Assembly: GCF_009914755.1 (NCBI RefSeq)
Contig: NC_060939.1
Strand: one strand, 5' to 3'
From: the human T2T-CHM13v2.0 reference genome, Homo sapiens
Length of the DNA stretch: 64,000 bases
Shown: one piece after another, positions 19,443-44,849 of the stretch
How positions within the stretch are numbered: position 1 is the first letter of the stretch
How the letters are laid out: each line of letters begins with the position of its first letter
Program-made: the position numbers and the translations under genes
Notes under the pieces: model-generated
The model's database searches: none
What the model saw: only the letters and a program-made list of their open reading frames with translations
What the model was told of the DNA's origin: nothing

Positions 19443-21256
19443 TGATTTCATCCTTTTCTTCTCCCACATTTCTCTCAACCTGAATTCTTCAATTATTTTC
19501 TATTTCATCACATAGTACTGGAGGTATCTTTATGGAACAAGAGAGTATAAATAAGTTTAAAATATGCAAAGCACTGCAATAGGGACTAGCAGATATCAAA
19601 GGATGAATCAGAGACTGACTCTGTCTTAATGCCCTCCAGGAGCCGACCCTCTGGTGGGGGAGAGAGACACACATAAGGCAAACCACTCTGAGGGCAATGT
19701 TCGAGAGGAGCACGAACAAAGTACGGGACAGTGCAGAGCAGGAAGCATGACATGGGCTCAGAAGCTCCATCCGGAGTAAGAAACACTCCTCTCTGGAGCT
19801 CCCTGAGCATCTCTATCATTGCACTTATTTTTATTTATTTACTTATTTTTTTGTGATTGTGGGAAGAATATAATTATACTTAAGATCCTATGTGGAAAAA
19901 TCTGTTAATGTCCATTGCCCCTGTTAAGGTACTGACCAGGAGGGACATAGTCTTATCCATCATCTTGGTATCCCCAGGGCCTAGCCCAAAATCTGGCACA
20001 GAGCAGATGCTCAATAAATGTCTGCTAAATGAATGAGAAAGCTTTCAGTAGGTAGGGAAGTGACCAGGCACTCCAGGCAGAGTGACCAGCATAAACAAAG
20101 ACAGAATGTCTGTACCGTAAGACCAACGTCCAGGGTGCAAGAATGTGATGTCTGGTGAGAGTGCAGCTGGAAAAATCCTTAGGACCTAGAATGACACATG
20201 GAAGGCAACATCTTCACCATTTTTTGGTAAGCCCTGCGCATTCTAGTTTTGATAATGCTTTTTGGTTACACAGCATTCTTTCTATATCCAGAGAGGTTTT
20301 ATTTGCTAATTGAATGGCAATAACTATGGTGGCTTCACACCCACCATAGTTGTGTGTGAAGGGTCATATTTGCTATTTTACTTCTGAAAGCCTACCTTGT
20401 ATTACTTACTGTTCTAGCAAGAGACAGTAGTGGTGAAGATATACCTGGCTACAAAACAACCTGAACAGGCCATCCTGAGTGAAAGAGCTGCTTGATGAAG
20501 GTAGACATCCATTTACCTAGCTAGAACCAGCTGGGTCATCTCTGAAGTTTAACAGTGGAAAATGTCATAAGAAGAGGCCCAGCCCTCAGATTCTGAAATC
20601 AGCCTCCATGCCACGTTCTGAGAGGTTAGCTAGACTTGGTAAAAGGCTTATGCAAATACTAAGAAATGTACTCAGGATAACAGAGAATTTCTCTATTCCA
20701 AGCCCTGGGTCTCTAAGAAGGAAGCCTGTGATTCCTTAAGAAAAATGATACATGCCAATACTTCTCCCATCAAGAAAGAAGACACAACAGCCTAAGCCTA
20801 AGGACACACACAAAAAAGAAGGAAGCAGGATTAACAGTTAAAAATCTGGGAAGGGTACATGCTGTTTAAATGGAACCATGGAGAGAGAAAGTTTTCAGAT
20901 TCAAATTTGGCAAGACCAAGAAAATGTACTTACTAAATAACAGGAAAGTACAGATCACTTTAATGATTCATATGCTCTGCCTCCAAATAACAGCTCAACA
21001 ACAATGCTAACTGAAGCTACTGCCTCTGACTACAATGCATGATCGTACTGAACATTTAATAGATGCTGTTTCAGGCTACTGAGGAAAGACAGAACAGTGT
21101 CTATGAAATGGGGCTCCTGTCCTGGAGGAGCTTACAATCTGCCAAGGACCTCGAGGCCATATCCACAAATTTAAACAAACAGTGTGAGGGTGCAAATGCT
21201 GAGTGACAGCAGAACTTGTGAAGACGGTAAGACTCAGATAAACAGAAATAAGATGA

Positions 21257-21625
<369 letters not shown>

Positions 21626-23736
21626 TGAGTAAAGTATTAATGTCTTCCTCCCAATAAGTGTATAAGGAGGAGGGATTGGATAGATGAGGACATAAGTACA
21701 AGGATGTTTGCACTCATAAGGATGCTTACTGTTGGTGGAATTCAAAGTTTGAATTCAATGTAGGGAAAGGGTAGTATGAACACAAAATTTATGGTCCAAA
21801 CAAGAAGCATTTCTGAAAGTAAAAGGCAGGCTAAAACTAAGTATTAATAACAGGTGGTAATTATCCAAAACAGGCACAGACTGGCACACTGCAGGGTGAC
21901 CAGTACACAAGCAACAGGGAGCCACTGAATAAGTATTTCTGGATTCAGGTGATGGCAATGAGAATGGAATGATGGGGTAAATGGAGGACTTAGTACGTGG
22001 CTAGATATGGTAGGGAAATGACAAATCTAGGTGAATATTCCTTCACAGAAAACATGAAATATGGAGGGGAAGTTTTCAGGAACTTGAGTTTAAAGACGGG
22101 ACAATCAAGTGGAAGTGTCCAGAGGAAAGGGAGACATGGAACTAGAACTGAGGACAGACATTGGAAATAATTTAAAAAGATTGATTAGCAGGCGGTATAA
22201 GAGCAGACAAGTAACAGCCAAAGAGATAATCCCATTATCAATTTCTCATTTGAAGTTTGATCAATTTTCATACTCTTGTTCAATTCCTTTCACTCACAAT
22301 GGTTGAGCCCTCCCAATTCTCCACTTGCCCTGCCAAATCTCAAAGAGCTTATCACGCCATTCAATTAGCAAATAAAACCTCTCTGGCATTTCTTACATTT
22401 GCAAAGAGCTTTTAGGATATATTTGCTAATAAAATCTCCCATTTTAAGTCTTATGTTTAGCACTAAACTAGACAAGATAAAAATTGGGAATATAATACCC
22501 CTCCCCACAAGTAATCTTTTTATTTTTGGCTAATGGAGTGATTCAAATATTATTAAATGATTTGATTACCTTTTCAGAGAAACTTAGTTGTTGCTTGCAA
22601 CTACAGCATCCAGGAAAGGAGGAAAAATAATACTTATATAAAACTGGTTGCGAATATATGCAAGGGAAAAAAGTATTAATGTTTTCTTCCCAATACATTT
22701 ATAAGGAGAAATCTGGAGTAGATGAAGATACAAGTACAAGGATGTTTACATTCAGGCAAGCTAGGATCACAGAGAACCCTAGGATCCCAACCTTGGCCAG
22801 CAAAGCACACTGCTTCTCCCCTAGAGTAGTCCTAGAAAGGCTGGTACAAAAACCAGTGTACTGATTAGGCTGAGCAGTGAACTGCATCTTCCACAGGTGA
22901 TGAGGGGGGAAAAAATGGAATAAATGGCAATTTCCTGCTATTCCACACAGGGAATGTTCAGCTTCTGGTTCATGAGAAAATATAAGTACTATATACGCCT
23001 CACAGACAGGTTCAAAAAAGCATTTGTTAGCAGTGATTTGCCAAGTTTCATACTCTGTTGAGAATATTAAGAGCCCATATCCAAAGTTGGAAGGCTAAAG
23101 CCTGGTTAATGGGTTTAGGAAGGTACTATTCTCCACAGGGGAGGGCTTCAGAAGAGTAATTGTCCCTGTTCTCATGCCATTAGCATTACGGCATAGACTG
23201 ATTTCCACTGCAGTTGAACAAATAATAGAAACTGTTCAAGTAGCCTAACACAGAAAACTCACTTTAAGATTTCACATTAATACAACAAGAGAACAGATAG
23301 AATTAAGTGTATTTTGTGCTCAAAAGATATTGGTTTACTCTATACTCCCTATTTCCCTCACTGCCTTGATATTAAAAGAAAACATACAATTGGGTTGTGC
23401 ACTCACTACTTTAAACTGCTTGCTTTAAGTCTGCATTAGAGAAATGCAAAGTCAGGCACTTGAGAGAACAGGTTCAGACAAATGAGACTTTAAAGACGCC
23501 AAGCAGAATGCTTGTCCTCCAGCCCTTTCCTCTGCCTCTAGATGCTAATGCACACTGCCTTGGTGTAGAAAGGACTGAAATGTCTCAAGTGTAGAAAGGG
23601 TTATGACTTTTTATAACCAAGTGAGATTTTCTGAACCTCTCAGCAACACTAGCTGGGTTTTATACACATCTGAGTCATGGGAAGAATCAATTTTATGACT
23701 AAGAGATTTCCTATGACTGTCAGTGGCTACTTTTGC

Positions 23737-23738
<2 letters not shown>

Positions 23739-23782
<44 letters not shown>
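23739..23782. repeat. (CA)n microsatellite just downstream of the SEC11A 3' end
   Basis: About 21 CA units. Confidence 0.95.
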
Positions 23783-23784
<2 letters not shown>

Positions 23785-23961
23785 AAACAGACAAACAAAA
23801 AAACTAGTTGTTAGTATCAGAGCAACCTTCTTAGCTGAAGGACTGTTCACACCAAGCCTTTATATCCCCCAGGGGTACTAAGAACCAGCCAAGGAAGGCA
23901 AATTTCAGAAGCTTTCCCGACAAACACAATTCAGGGATAAGGGGTTCAATGTGCAAAGTCT

Positions 23962-23967
23962 TTTATT
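23962..23967 (-). terminator. SEC11A: SEC11A polyadenylation signal AATAAA
   Basis: tttatt on + strand ~450 nt past the stop; a more proximal ATTAAA lies at 24143-24148. Confidence 0.7.
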
Positions 23968-24419
23968 TAAAATTTTAGAAGTTAAGACTTACGACCACCT
24001 CAGTATATGCCATTCCTAATAGAAGGAGGTATGACGGTTTCAAACTCGTGCAGAGCTGCATTTTCATTTACAAGTCTCTGTAGGCACTTTAGAAGTGAAG
24101 CTTGGCTTCAAAATACAAACACTGGGGGCTTTGGCTCAACCTTTTAATATAAAAAAATTCACTGATGTACAAAAATTTGAAAGTGTGACAATGACAATTA
24201 TGAAATCCTGTGACTGAAAGTCCCCTCGAGTGCACTCTGTGGTGCACATGCGCCCGCCCACACAAACTCTGGCATGGAAACATAAACTAATGCAAACCAG
24301 TGCTACCCAGAAGCACCAACACGTGTGTTCTCCATTCCACCAATCACAGACCAGTATCTACTCCAAACATCCAGTAACGAAAACTATGGCATCTTCCCAG
24401 GAACAGCAAGGCAGGCTTC

Positions 24420-24470
24420 TTACTCACGATGAACCAGCACGAATAAACCCAGCAAAAAGAGAACTGCATA
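24420..24470 (-). CDS. SEC11A: SEC11A exon 6 coding part
   Basis: ttctag|TAT GCA...GAG TAA = YAVLFLLGLFVLVHRE*. Confidence 0.95.
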   Translation of the reverse strand, partial: YAVLFLLGLFVLVHRE

Positions 24471-24654
24471 CTAGAAAATAAACACAGAACCACAAGTCAG
24501 AGAAGCGTTGAAAAGTTCAGAGGTTCTAAGAGTTAATTAACAAATTGGTCTTTGTGAATATATCGCTAAACTACCCAATTATTCTTTCATCTTTTAACTA
24601 TAATCCATTTAAAAGTTTCCAATACTAAGCAAAATATCACATTTCTTTAAATAA

Positions 24655-25080
24655 TTTTCTTTTTTTTTTTTTTTTGAGACAGTCTCACTTTGTCACCCAG
24701 GCTGGAGTGCAGCAGCAACCTCCACCTATCATATTCAAGCAATTCTCGTGCCTCAGCCTCCCCAGTAGCTGGGATTACAGGTGTGTACCACCATTCCTGG
24801 CTAATTTTTTTGTATTTTTAGTAAAGACAGGGTTTTGTCATATTGACCAGGCTGTTCTCGAACTCCTGACCTCAGGTGATCTGCCTGCCTCAGCCTCCCA
24901 AAGTGCTGGGATTACAGGCGTGAGCCACTGCGCCCAGGCTAATAATTTTTTTTTTTTTTTAATAGAGACGGGGTTTCGCTATGTTGCCCAGGCTGGTCTT
25001 GAACTCCTGGGCTCAAGCGATCCACTCACCTCGGCCTCCCAGAGTGCTGGGATTACAGGCTTGAGCCACTGTGCCTGGCC
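24655..25080 (-). repeat. Alu plus FLAM/left-arm monomer in SEC11A intron 5
   Basis: Reverse Alu consensus. Confidence 0.85.
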
Positions 25081-25125
25081 CAAAAGATTACATTTTTTAA
25101 TAAAACAAATAATACAGACTCTTAC

Positions 25126-25183
25126 CTTAAATTTAGGATAGTCATTCATGAGGATCGTCACAATTCCAATATAAGGAACAAAT
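25126..25183 (-). CDS. SEC11A: SEC11A exon 5 (58 nt)
   Basis: ttttag|ATTTGTT...TTTAAG|gtaaga; encodes [19 protein letters not shown]. Confidence 0.95.
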
Positions 25184-26613
25184 CTAAAACAAACAAAAAA
25201 CTGATTATCACAGAATTTCCGATGTAAAGCAGCTGTTGTCACTCACTGAATATTATCAATATCTTCTATAGAATACTAATTTTCAATTCACAAAGTCCAT
25301 TTCTATATACTGCCCTATTTGATCCTTGCAAAAGCCCAAGTGATAGGAAAGTTAGGAATATCACCATTTTAGAGATGAGGAAACAGATGATCATGCCCAA
25401 GGTACATGGTTTCTGTGTGGCAGAACCAGCACCAGATAGAGCCAAGGTCTTAGATCTCCAGGTGGTGACTCTAATGCTACATGTTGATACAGTGCTAGGG
25501 GCTAGGTTTATCATCATAACCTTCAGGAAGCTGTCAATCTAGCTGGGGAGACAAAGCAAGCACAGCCAGAATATTACAAAGTACTTCATGTTAAGTGGCC
25601 AAAAAGTGAGTGTAAGAGCTCATTATAGTACTTAGGATTTCACCACCTTCTCATTTTTTAATCACCTGTAAGCTGTGTTTGGTCCTATTAACTTGAAACT
25701 TTTCTAGAACAGTTTTCATCACCATATGTAGCAAACCAGTCTCAACTCCCATCTTCCTTTCCATCTTGGCAGCATTTGACTTTCATGACCACAAATATGC
25801 TCTGGAAATTCCTCCTTCTTGGTTTCTTAATGTACCACAGATTTGTTTCTTCACCTAACTCTTTGGCTGCTACACTTTCTTTTCACTAGCTCTTTCTAAT
25901 TCCTCATGCCCCTAAAGTTTTTCCCCTCAAACTAAGCAAAACCACCTGTTAAATTATCTTACAGCACCTGATACATTTCCTTTGAGGTCTTTATAATAAT
26001 TATCATACTTTTACTTAAATAATTAGTTGTACAACAGATTCGATACATGTGTGTCTCCCCTACCAAACTAGAAGCTCTATAAAGGCAACAATGATGCCTA
26101 TCTTGTTCCCCCTGTATCCTCAAGGTCAACATAGTGCCTTACACATAGGAGATATCCAGTACATCCTGCCTGATTGAATGTCTGAATGTCCGGGCCTTTT
26201 CTTTTTGCTTTCTCTTGGGGAAATCCTATTTTCTCCCAGGGCTTAAATTCCTCTCCATGCAAAAGACTACTTTGACATCATAAGCATTCACGGCAGAAAG
26301 AGAAAATTAGCAGGGTACCATCGATGTGGGCGGAATAGGTGGTTAGCAAATGTAAAACTTTCTTCTTTATCCTCCTCTTCTATCGCTGGACTCCAGAGTG
26401 GACTGGCAATATTGTACTAAGCTAGAGCCTGTCATAGGGACGCTGAGCTGAAGTGGAGGCTGACCTTTGCACACTTTAAAACAGCCCAGACCATGCCAAA
26501 GACAGCACAAACAGAAATTACCTCCCACATAATATCTACACCATCAAAGCCTGAGGCAAACTTGAAGAACACACATTTTGTTTTTGACACATTTCACTTC
26601 CCTTTAAGAACTC

Positions 26614-27847
26614 GCCTCTGCCTCTGCCTCTGCCCCTGACCATGCCCCTGCCCCTGCCTCTGCCTCTCCCCACGGTCTCCCTCTCCCTCTCTTTCCACGG
26701 TCTCCCTCTGATGCCGAGTCGAAGCTGGACTGTGCTGCTGCCATCTCGGCTCACTGCAACCTCCCTGCCTGATTCTCCTGCCTCAGCCTGCCCGGTGCCT
26801 GCGATTGCAGGCGCGCGCCGCCACGCCTGACTGGTTTTCGTATTTTTTTGGTGGAGACGGGGTTTCGCTGTGTTGGCCGGGCTGGTCTCCAGCTCCTAAC
26901 CGCGAGTGGTCCGCCAGCCTCGGCCTCCCGAGGTGCCGGGATTGCAGACGGAGTCTCGTTCACTCAGTGCTCAATGGTGCCCAGGCTGGAATGCAGTGGC
27001 ATGATCTCGGCTCGCTACAACCACCTCCCAGCCGCCTGCCTTGGCCTCCCAAAGAGCCGAGATTGCAGCCTCTGCCCGGCCGCCACCCCGTCTGGGAAGT
27101 GAGGAGTGTCTCTGCCTGGCTGCCCATCGTCTGGGATGTGAGGAGCCCCTCTGCCTGGCTGCCCAGTCTGGAAAGTGAGGACCGTCTCTGCCCGGCCGCC
27201 ATCCCATCTAGGAAATGAGGAGCGTCTCTGCCTGGCCGCCCATCGTCTGAGATGTGGGAAGCGCCTCTGCCCCGCCGCCCCGTCTGGGATGTGAGGAGCG
27301 CCTCTGCCCGGCCGCGACCCTGTCTGGGAGGTGAGGAGCGTCTCTGCCCGGCCGCCCCGTCTGAGAAGTGAGGAGACCCTCTGCCTGGCAACCGCCCCCT
27401 CTGAGAAGTGAGGAGTCCCTCCGCCCGGCAGCCGCCCCATCTGAGAAGTGAGGAGCCCCTCCGTCCGGCAGCCACCCCGTCTGGGAAGTGAGGAGCGTCT
27501 CCGCCCAGCAGCCACCCCGTCCGGGAGGGAGGTGGGGGTCAGCCCCCGCCAGGCCAGCCGCCCCGTCCGGGAGGTGAGGGGCGCCTCTGCCCGGCCGCCC
27601 CTACTGGGAAGTGAGGAGCCCCTCTGCCCGGCCACCACCCGGTCTGGGAGGAGTACCCAACAGCTCATTGAGAACGGGCCATGATGACAATGGCGGTTTT
27701 GTGGAATAGAAAGGGCGGAAAGGTGGGGAAAAGATTGAGAAATCGGATGGTTGCCGTGTCTGTGTAGAAAGAAGTAGACATGGGAGACTTTTCATTTTGT
27801 TCTGTACTAAGAAAAATTCTTCTGCCTTGGGAAAAAAAAAAAAAAAA
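26614..27847 (+). mobile_element. SVA retrotransposon (C/D-like), SINE-R 3'-truncated, antisense in SEC11A intron 4
   Basis: (GCCTCT/GCCCCT)n hexamers, antisense Alu-like domain, GC-rich VNTR (CCCGTCTGGGAAGTGAGGAGC), SINE-R start, poly-A; TSD AAGAACTC at 26606-26613 and 27846-27853. Confidence 0.95.
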
Positions 27848-28029
27848 GAACTCCCCTCACTTCCTGTCTCTTGTCTTCACCCCTCTCTGTCCTCTCCCTT
27901 CTAGCAGGATCACTGAGACCTGTCTCTCTTGCCCCATCCCCAAACTCCCATTCCATACACTGGTGTTTCTTAAAGCCTAGACCTCCTCTGTCACAACCGC
28001 TTGATGGCTTGTTAAAAATGCAGATTCTT

Positions 28030-29260
<1,231 letters not shown>

Positions 29261-30239
29261 TGAAACTTTTTTTTAAAGGTTGGCTTTTCTTTGCCCACTG
29301 TAAGTGAAATGAAAGCAACTTGGTCTTTAGGAGTAATATAAGCAAGATCTAAGGATCCCAGAATATGACGAGGCAGTTCAAAGTCAAACAAAAGATTTAA
29401 TTGTCTGTACCACTGTTACCCTCCATGGACAGAGATAAGCAAAGAGCTGATAATCAAGTGTATAATGCTGCTATCATCAGTCATCTTAAATTCAAACCAT
29501 TTGCACTTTTTGCCTATTTTGCTCAGATAAACTCATGTGCTAAAGCAGAGTTGCTAATAAGCAGGAGGTTTAAAGTAAGTAAAATGAATGCCATCCACAA
29601 AGCCAACTCCAACACTAGCCTGTGCCAAGTTAATATCTAGAAGGTAAAATGCATTTCATATAGTTAAATACATTTCCGTGGGAATTCTTGGGATCAAAGG
29701 TACTGCTGAGGAAGTAGCCTCAGAAGAAAGCACTGTCTCCTGATGCTCATAGAGATCATTAGACAAAAGGCCAAACAAACAGTAAAGAAAAGATGCCACA
29801 AAAATTAAGAAGAGACCCCAGCACAATTCTGTCAAATATCAAAAGGGGTCTATATCTGGGAAGTCTGAAATCCAGCAGCAACTAAATGAGAGAGTAAGAG
29901 AATATGCGATGACCAGAAAAGGATCATCTTGTTTCTAGAATGACTTGTTTCAAGTAAGAAGTACATTCAAAAAGTCTTATCCATAAAACTGATTTCAGTT
30001 AACAGAGAGCTCAATTACTCTACTCCTTCCTTATATATTTTTAATTCTTCTTTCCATTTTCAACATTTCTGTTCCCCGATCCTCTGCCAATCTTTCACCC
30101 TTTTCACCTGCTGCTTTCTATTCCTTCTTAACTAATGGGTGCTCTTGAATTTTTCAACTTCCTGAGTTTAGAAAGAAATCACCTTTATTAATACTTAATT
30201 GGTTCAGTATTAGTTTCATTTTCTAAAATTGTTTTTATT

Positions 30240-30590
30240 ACATGCTACGACATGAATAAGCCTTAAAAACATTATGCTAGGTGAAAGAAGCTGGACACAA
30301 AAGACTACGCATTGTATGATTCTGCTTATATGAAAAGTCCAGAATAGGGAAATGCACAAAGACAGAAAGCAGATTAGTGGCTGTCCGAGGCTACAGGAAG
30401 TAGAGGATGGGGAGTGACTGCTAATGAGTACTGAGTTTTATTTTTGGGGTGATAGAAATGTTCTGGAATTAGATAGTGGTGATGGTTGCACAATCTTGTG
30501 AATATACTGAAACCCACTGAATTGTACTCTTTAAGATGGTGAATTTTATATTCTAATATATGTGAATTATATCTCAATAAAAGTTTTTTT
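30240..30590 (+). repeat. Old L1 (L1MB-like) 3' end
   Basis: aaacattatgctaggtgaaagaagc...gatggttgcacaatcttgtgaatatact...atctcaataaa. Confidence 0.8.
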
Positions 30591-30663
30591 AAATTATTTT
30601 AATTTAGAGCCTTAGGCCTCAACATAAAATTTTTTTAGTGTGCAGCTGTTAAAAAAAAAGAGA

Positions 30664-34748
<4,085 letters not shown>

Positions 34749-35113
34749 TTAATAGTGCTCTAGACCCCCAGAGGCTAGCATAGTGTGGACGTAAGAGCAC
34801 ATGGAAGGTGCCCACTATTTCTTGAGTGAACCAAATAAGTGAACACATTTTTTAAAATTGTCACATCCAATTCACCATCTCATCACTAGTATTCTATTCT
34901 TTTATTGCACCCCACCCAGTTCCTCACCTTTGGAGTAGTATACCTGAAATTTTAGACACTTTTTAAGAAGCAAAATTTTCAAAGGACACAAGGGTGATTT
35001 GGTGGAACCAGAACCAAATCTCTATATTCAACTGTGTATGATCAAATAATATGATTGAGAGGGCCACACTTCAAGTGATATAAAAAGTTTGAGATGCTCC
35101 CCTCTATACTTAC

Positions 35114-35233
35114 CCCCTGGCTCTCCCCACAACATCTTTTTTCTCTAGCCAATGTTGTCCTTGTTTATAGAGGCCTCGGTCATCAACCGCATTATTATCT
35201 CCTTTGGTCAAAAACTTGATATGCCCATTTTGC
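35114..35233 (-). CDS. SEC11A: SEC11A exon 4 (120 nt)
   Basis: tttaag|GCAAAAT...AGGGG|gtaagt; encodes [40 protein letters not shown] (peptidase S26 GDNN..D motif). Confidence 0.96.
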
Positions 35234-35748
35234 CTTAAAAGAGTAAAGGAAACCCAAGTCATCAAATACCTTCATGGCATTTAAAGCACAAAATCTGTTC
35301 TTGTTAACCAAACATGTTTGTGGCACTGGGGTATCTTTTCACCATTCTAGTGTCGAAATAATTATTTATGGAGCTACAAGAATGTTAATAGCTGTGTTGT
35401 TCATAAACGACTAAAAACAAACTAAAGATCCAATATTAAGGAGCTCAAATATTATGTAAACATTAAAATAATGGTATAGAAGAATGACAAGATTGTACAA
35501 ATTTTATTAAGTGAAGAAAAGAATACAAAATAGCATGTACAGTACAATCTCATTTTTATATTAAAATAAATACACACTACCAATTTTCTGGAAACACAAA
35601 GAACAAAGGAACACAATAAACTATCTCACAGGATATAATTGGCAAGATACAGACTATGGGAAACTACAGAATAACCCAGTTTCTCCAACTAATGACTTGC
35701 AAGGAACAAAGAAAGTTAGGGAAGTAACCTACAGATTAAACAAGAGAC

Positions 35749-41720
<5,972 letters not shown>

Positions 41721-42032
41721 CAGAAGATTCTATTTAGGATCTATCTTTATGTCATAGTTTTTTGGAATTATATACAGAGTCACTGACAGGTTGGGAAGTA
41801 AAAGGGAACAAAGAAAAACCTCTGGAAAAACCTTCAGGGAAAGAAATGAACTAATAAATAATTATTTACAGTTTTCAAAATGTTCACTAAACTTTCCAGC
41901 ATTCATAAAAATGGACTGGAAGAAGGCCTAGAGGTTCCTCACTGTTTTACAATCTTTAGGCTATCAAAACTAAATACCACAAACACTTAAACAAAAGCAC
42001 TTAGAAACAAAGATGCTATACTTTGCACATAC

Positions 42033-42182
42033 TTTTCATGAATCTTCAAGACTCGGTGAACTATAGGAATCTCTCTTCCTTCTATCCTAAAAACAACAAT
42101 TTCTCCCACTCGTATGGGATCTTCAACTCGATTTGTTAGAAAGAGAAGATCTCCTCTATGAAATGCAGGTTCCATGCTGCCA
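42033..42182 (-). CDS. SEC11A: SEC11A exon 3 (150 nt), catalytic Ser56 and His96
   Basis: ttccag|TGGCAGC...GAAAA|gtatgt; encodes [51 protein letters not shown]. Confidence 0.97.
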
Positions 42183-44035
42183 CTGGAAGGGAAAGAAGAA
42201 TATAACAGCAAAAAGAAAGTATGAGATTAAATGTACTTTCAAAATTAGATATTCAACAAAATAAAAAATATCACTTTGGGAGTATACTCAATACCCTAAC
42301 AACTATATCAACAGAAATGTCTATTGTTCTCAAAATATGGTTTCCTCAGACTAAAAAGTTACGCCAAAGGATTTTTTTTTAGTTATTAACCTTCACTAAC
42401 TAGTTCCATTTCAAGTATCACTAGTCAAAGAAGCTTAAATCTTGAAAAGGTCAGTGTTACTAATTCCTTAACCTTTTAAAATTTCAAATGACAAACAGAA
42501 TATAAAAGAATGAACTTTAAAACAATGCCCTTATTCTCACTTCATCTGAAAACACTAAACATATTCAGATATGCAAATGAGAACTGGATCATCTTCCTCT
42601 GCCATTTATAAAGATAACAGCCAAGATGACCTTATATGTTCAACTCATTTAGAAGGAAAAATGGCTCATCAAGTCAAGGAACAGCCAGCTACAGAGATAA
42701 AGCTTGTGTTATCAATTTACTTATTTTAAAAAGAGAAAAAAAGAAAACCAAGGAATAAGCAGAGATTTTTGCCTAAGAATTTCCGAAGCCAGGAAAAGAT
42801 TCAATTCCATGGTAACAAGTAAGACTAACTTCTACAGAGTATCTTCTTACCTCTTACCTCTTCCATCCTACGCCAAGTGCTGAAAAGGTCCTAAGATATT
42901 TGCACTAATTTATGAACCCCTTTTTATCTATAAAGAAGTAGCCCATCAGTCTTTTTCAGAAACTCAAGCTCCGGTTTTCTATAACAACAGCTTAAGTAAG
43001 AATAGAAAGACAAGAAATAAAGTTCAACGCAGGAATAAGTACAAACTCCAAACACTTTTGTTTAAAGACTCTCTTCCCTCTATGTAAAGGGATATGGCAG
43101 TGGGTCTCAAATTTTGCTGCACATTGGAATGACCTGAGGGACTTTTAAAAAATCTCAGCCAGGTGCGGTGGCTCACACCTGTAATTCCAGCACTTCGGGA
43201 GGCCGAGGTGGGCAGGTGACCTGAGGTCAGGAGTTCGTGACCAGCCTGATCAACACAGTGAAACCCAGTCTCAACTAAAAATACAAAAATTAGGTGAGCA
43301 TGGTGGCGCACGCCTGTAATCCCAGCTACTCAGGAGGCTGACGCAGAAGAATCACTTGAACCCAGGAGGTGGAGGTTGAATGGGCTGAGATTGCGCCATT
43401 GCACTCCAGCCTGGGCAATACAGTGAGACTCTGTCTCAAAAAAAAAAAAAAAAGAAGAAGAAGAAAAGAAAAAAAAGAAAAGAAAAGAAACTGGGGGCCA
43501 GGCACGATGGTTCAAGCCTATCATCCCAGCACTTGGGAGGTTGAGGGGGGAGGATCACTTGAGATCAGGAGTTCAAGACTCAGTCTCTGTAAAAAAAAAA
43601 TTAGCCAAGTGTGATGGCACACTCCAGTCTGGGCGATGGAGGGAGGCCCTGTGTTAAATGTTCTTATCACAAAAAAATAGAAAGGGAAGAAACTTTTGAA
43701 AGTGATGAATATATTCACTTGCTTGATTGTGATGATGGTTTCACAGGAATATACTTACCTGCAAATTGATCAAGTTGTATACATTAAATATGTACAGCTT
43801 TTTGTATGTCAATCATATCTCGATAATTTGGTTAAAAAAGAGTAATCTAAGTACTATTACTTAGGTTCTAGATAATGTTAATGCACTATTATTTAGATTC
43901 TAGATAATATTAATAATTCCATTTATTTTAAATATGCACTCCATTATCTCCAGAAAAGATCTGGGCTTACAAAATTAAGCCCAAAATATGACAAAACTGT
44001 AATGTTTCTTTTCTTTCTTTTTTTTTTTTTTTTGA

Positions 44036-44251
<216 letters not shown>

Positions 44252-44506
44252 TGATCTGCCCGCCTTGGCCTTCCAAAGTGCTGGGATTACAGGTGTGAGC
44301 CACCACACCCAGCCTATAATGTTTCAGTCAAACAACCAAGTGGTAATTCTCTAAAAATGAGTTACTAAATTAGGTTTTAAAATCACTAAGAGTGGTTGCG
44401 CATGGTGGCTCATGCTTGTAATCCCAGCATGTTGGGAGGCCAAGGTGGGAGGATCCTTGAACCCAGGAGTTCAAGACCAGACTGGGCAACACAGTGAGAT
44501 CCTATC

Positions 44507-44849
44507 TGCTACGGTTTGGCTGTGTCCCCACCCAAATCTCATCTTGAATTCCCACGTGTTTTGGGAGGGACCCAGCAGGAGGTAACTGAATCATGGGGCA
44601 GGTTTTTCCTGTGCTGTTCTAGTAACAGTGAATAAGTCTCACGAGATCTGATGGTTTTAAAAAGGGGAGTTCCCCTGCAAAAGCTCTCTTCTCTTGTCTG
44701 CCGCCATGTGAGACCTGCCTTTCACCTTCTGCCATGATTGTGGGGCCTCCCCAGTCACGTGGAACTGTAAGTCCAGTAAACCTCTTTCTTTCGTAAATTG
44801 CCCAGTCTTGGGTACGTCTTTATCAGCAGCATGAAAATGGACTAATACA
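44507..44849 (+). mobile_element. THE1A-like solo LTR nested in an AluJ (~44392-45030)
   Basis: TGCTACGGTTTGGCTGTGTCCCCACCC...GGACTAATACA; Alu resumes with ccgtctctacaaaa; TSD ctatc/ccgtc. Confidence 0.88.

Noticed and set aside
20322-20361. H-type RNA pseudoknot or riboswitch-like element
   Set aside because: With loops of 0-2 nt the two stems cannot both form fully, and there is no evidence of transcription. Templated insertion explains the pattern more simply.
27070-27650. CRISPR-like repeat array
   Set aside because: Eukaryotic context; tandem degenerate units without unique spacers, i.e. SVA VNTR.
26805-27795. Long ORFs on both strands, up to 217 aa
   Set aside because: They come from the stop-poor, GC-rich SVA VNTR and Alu-like domain.
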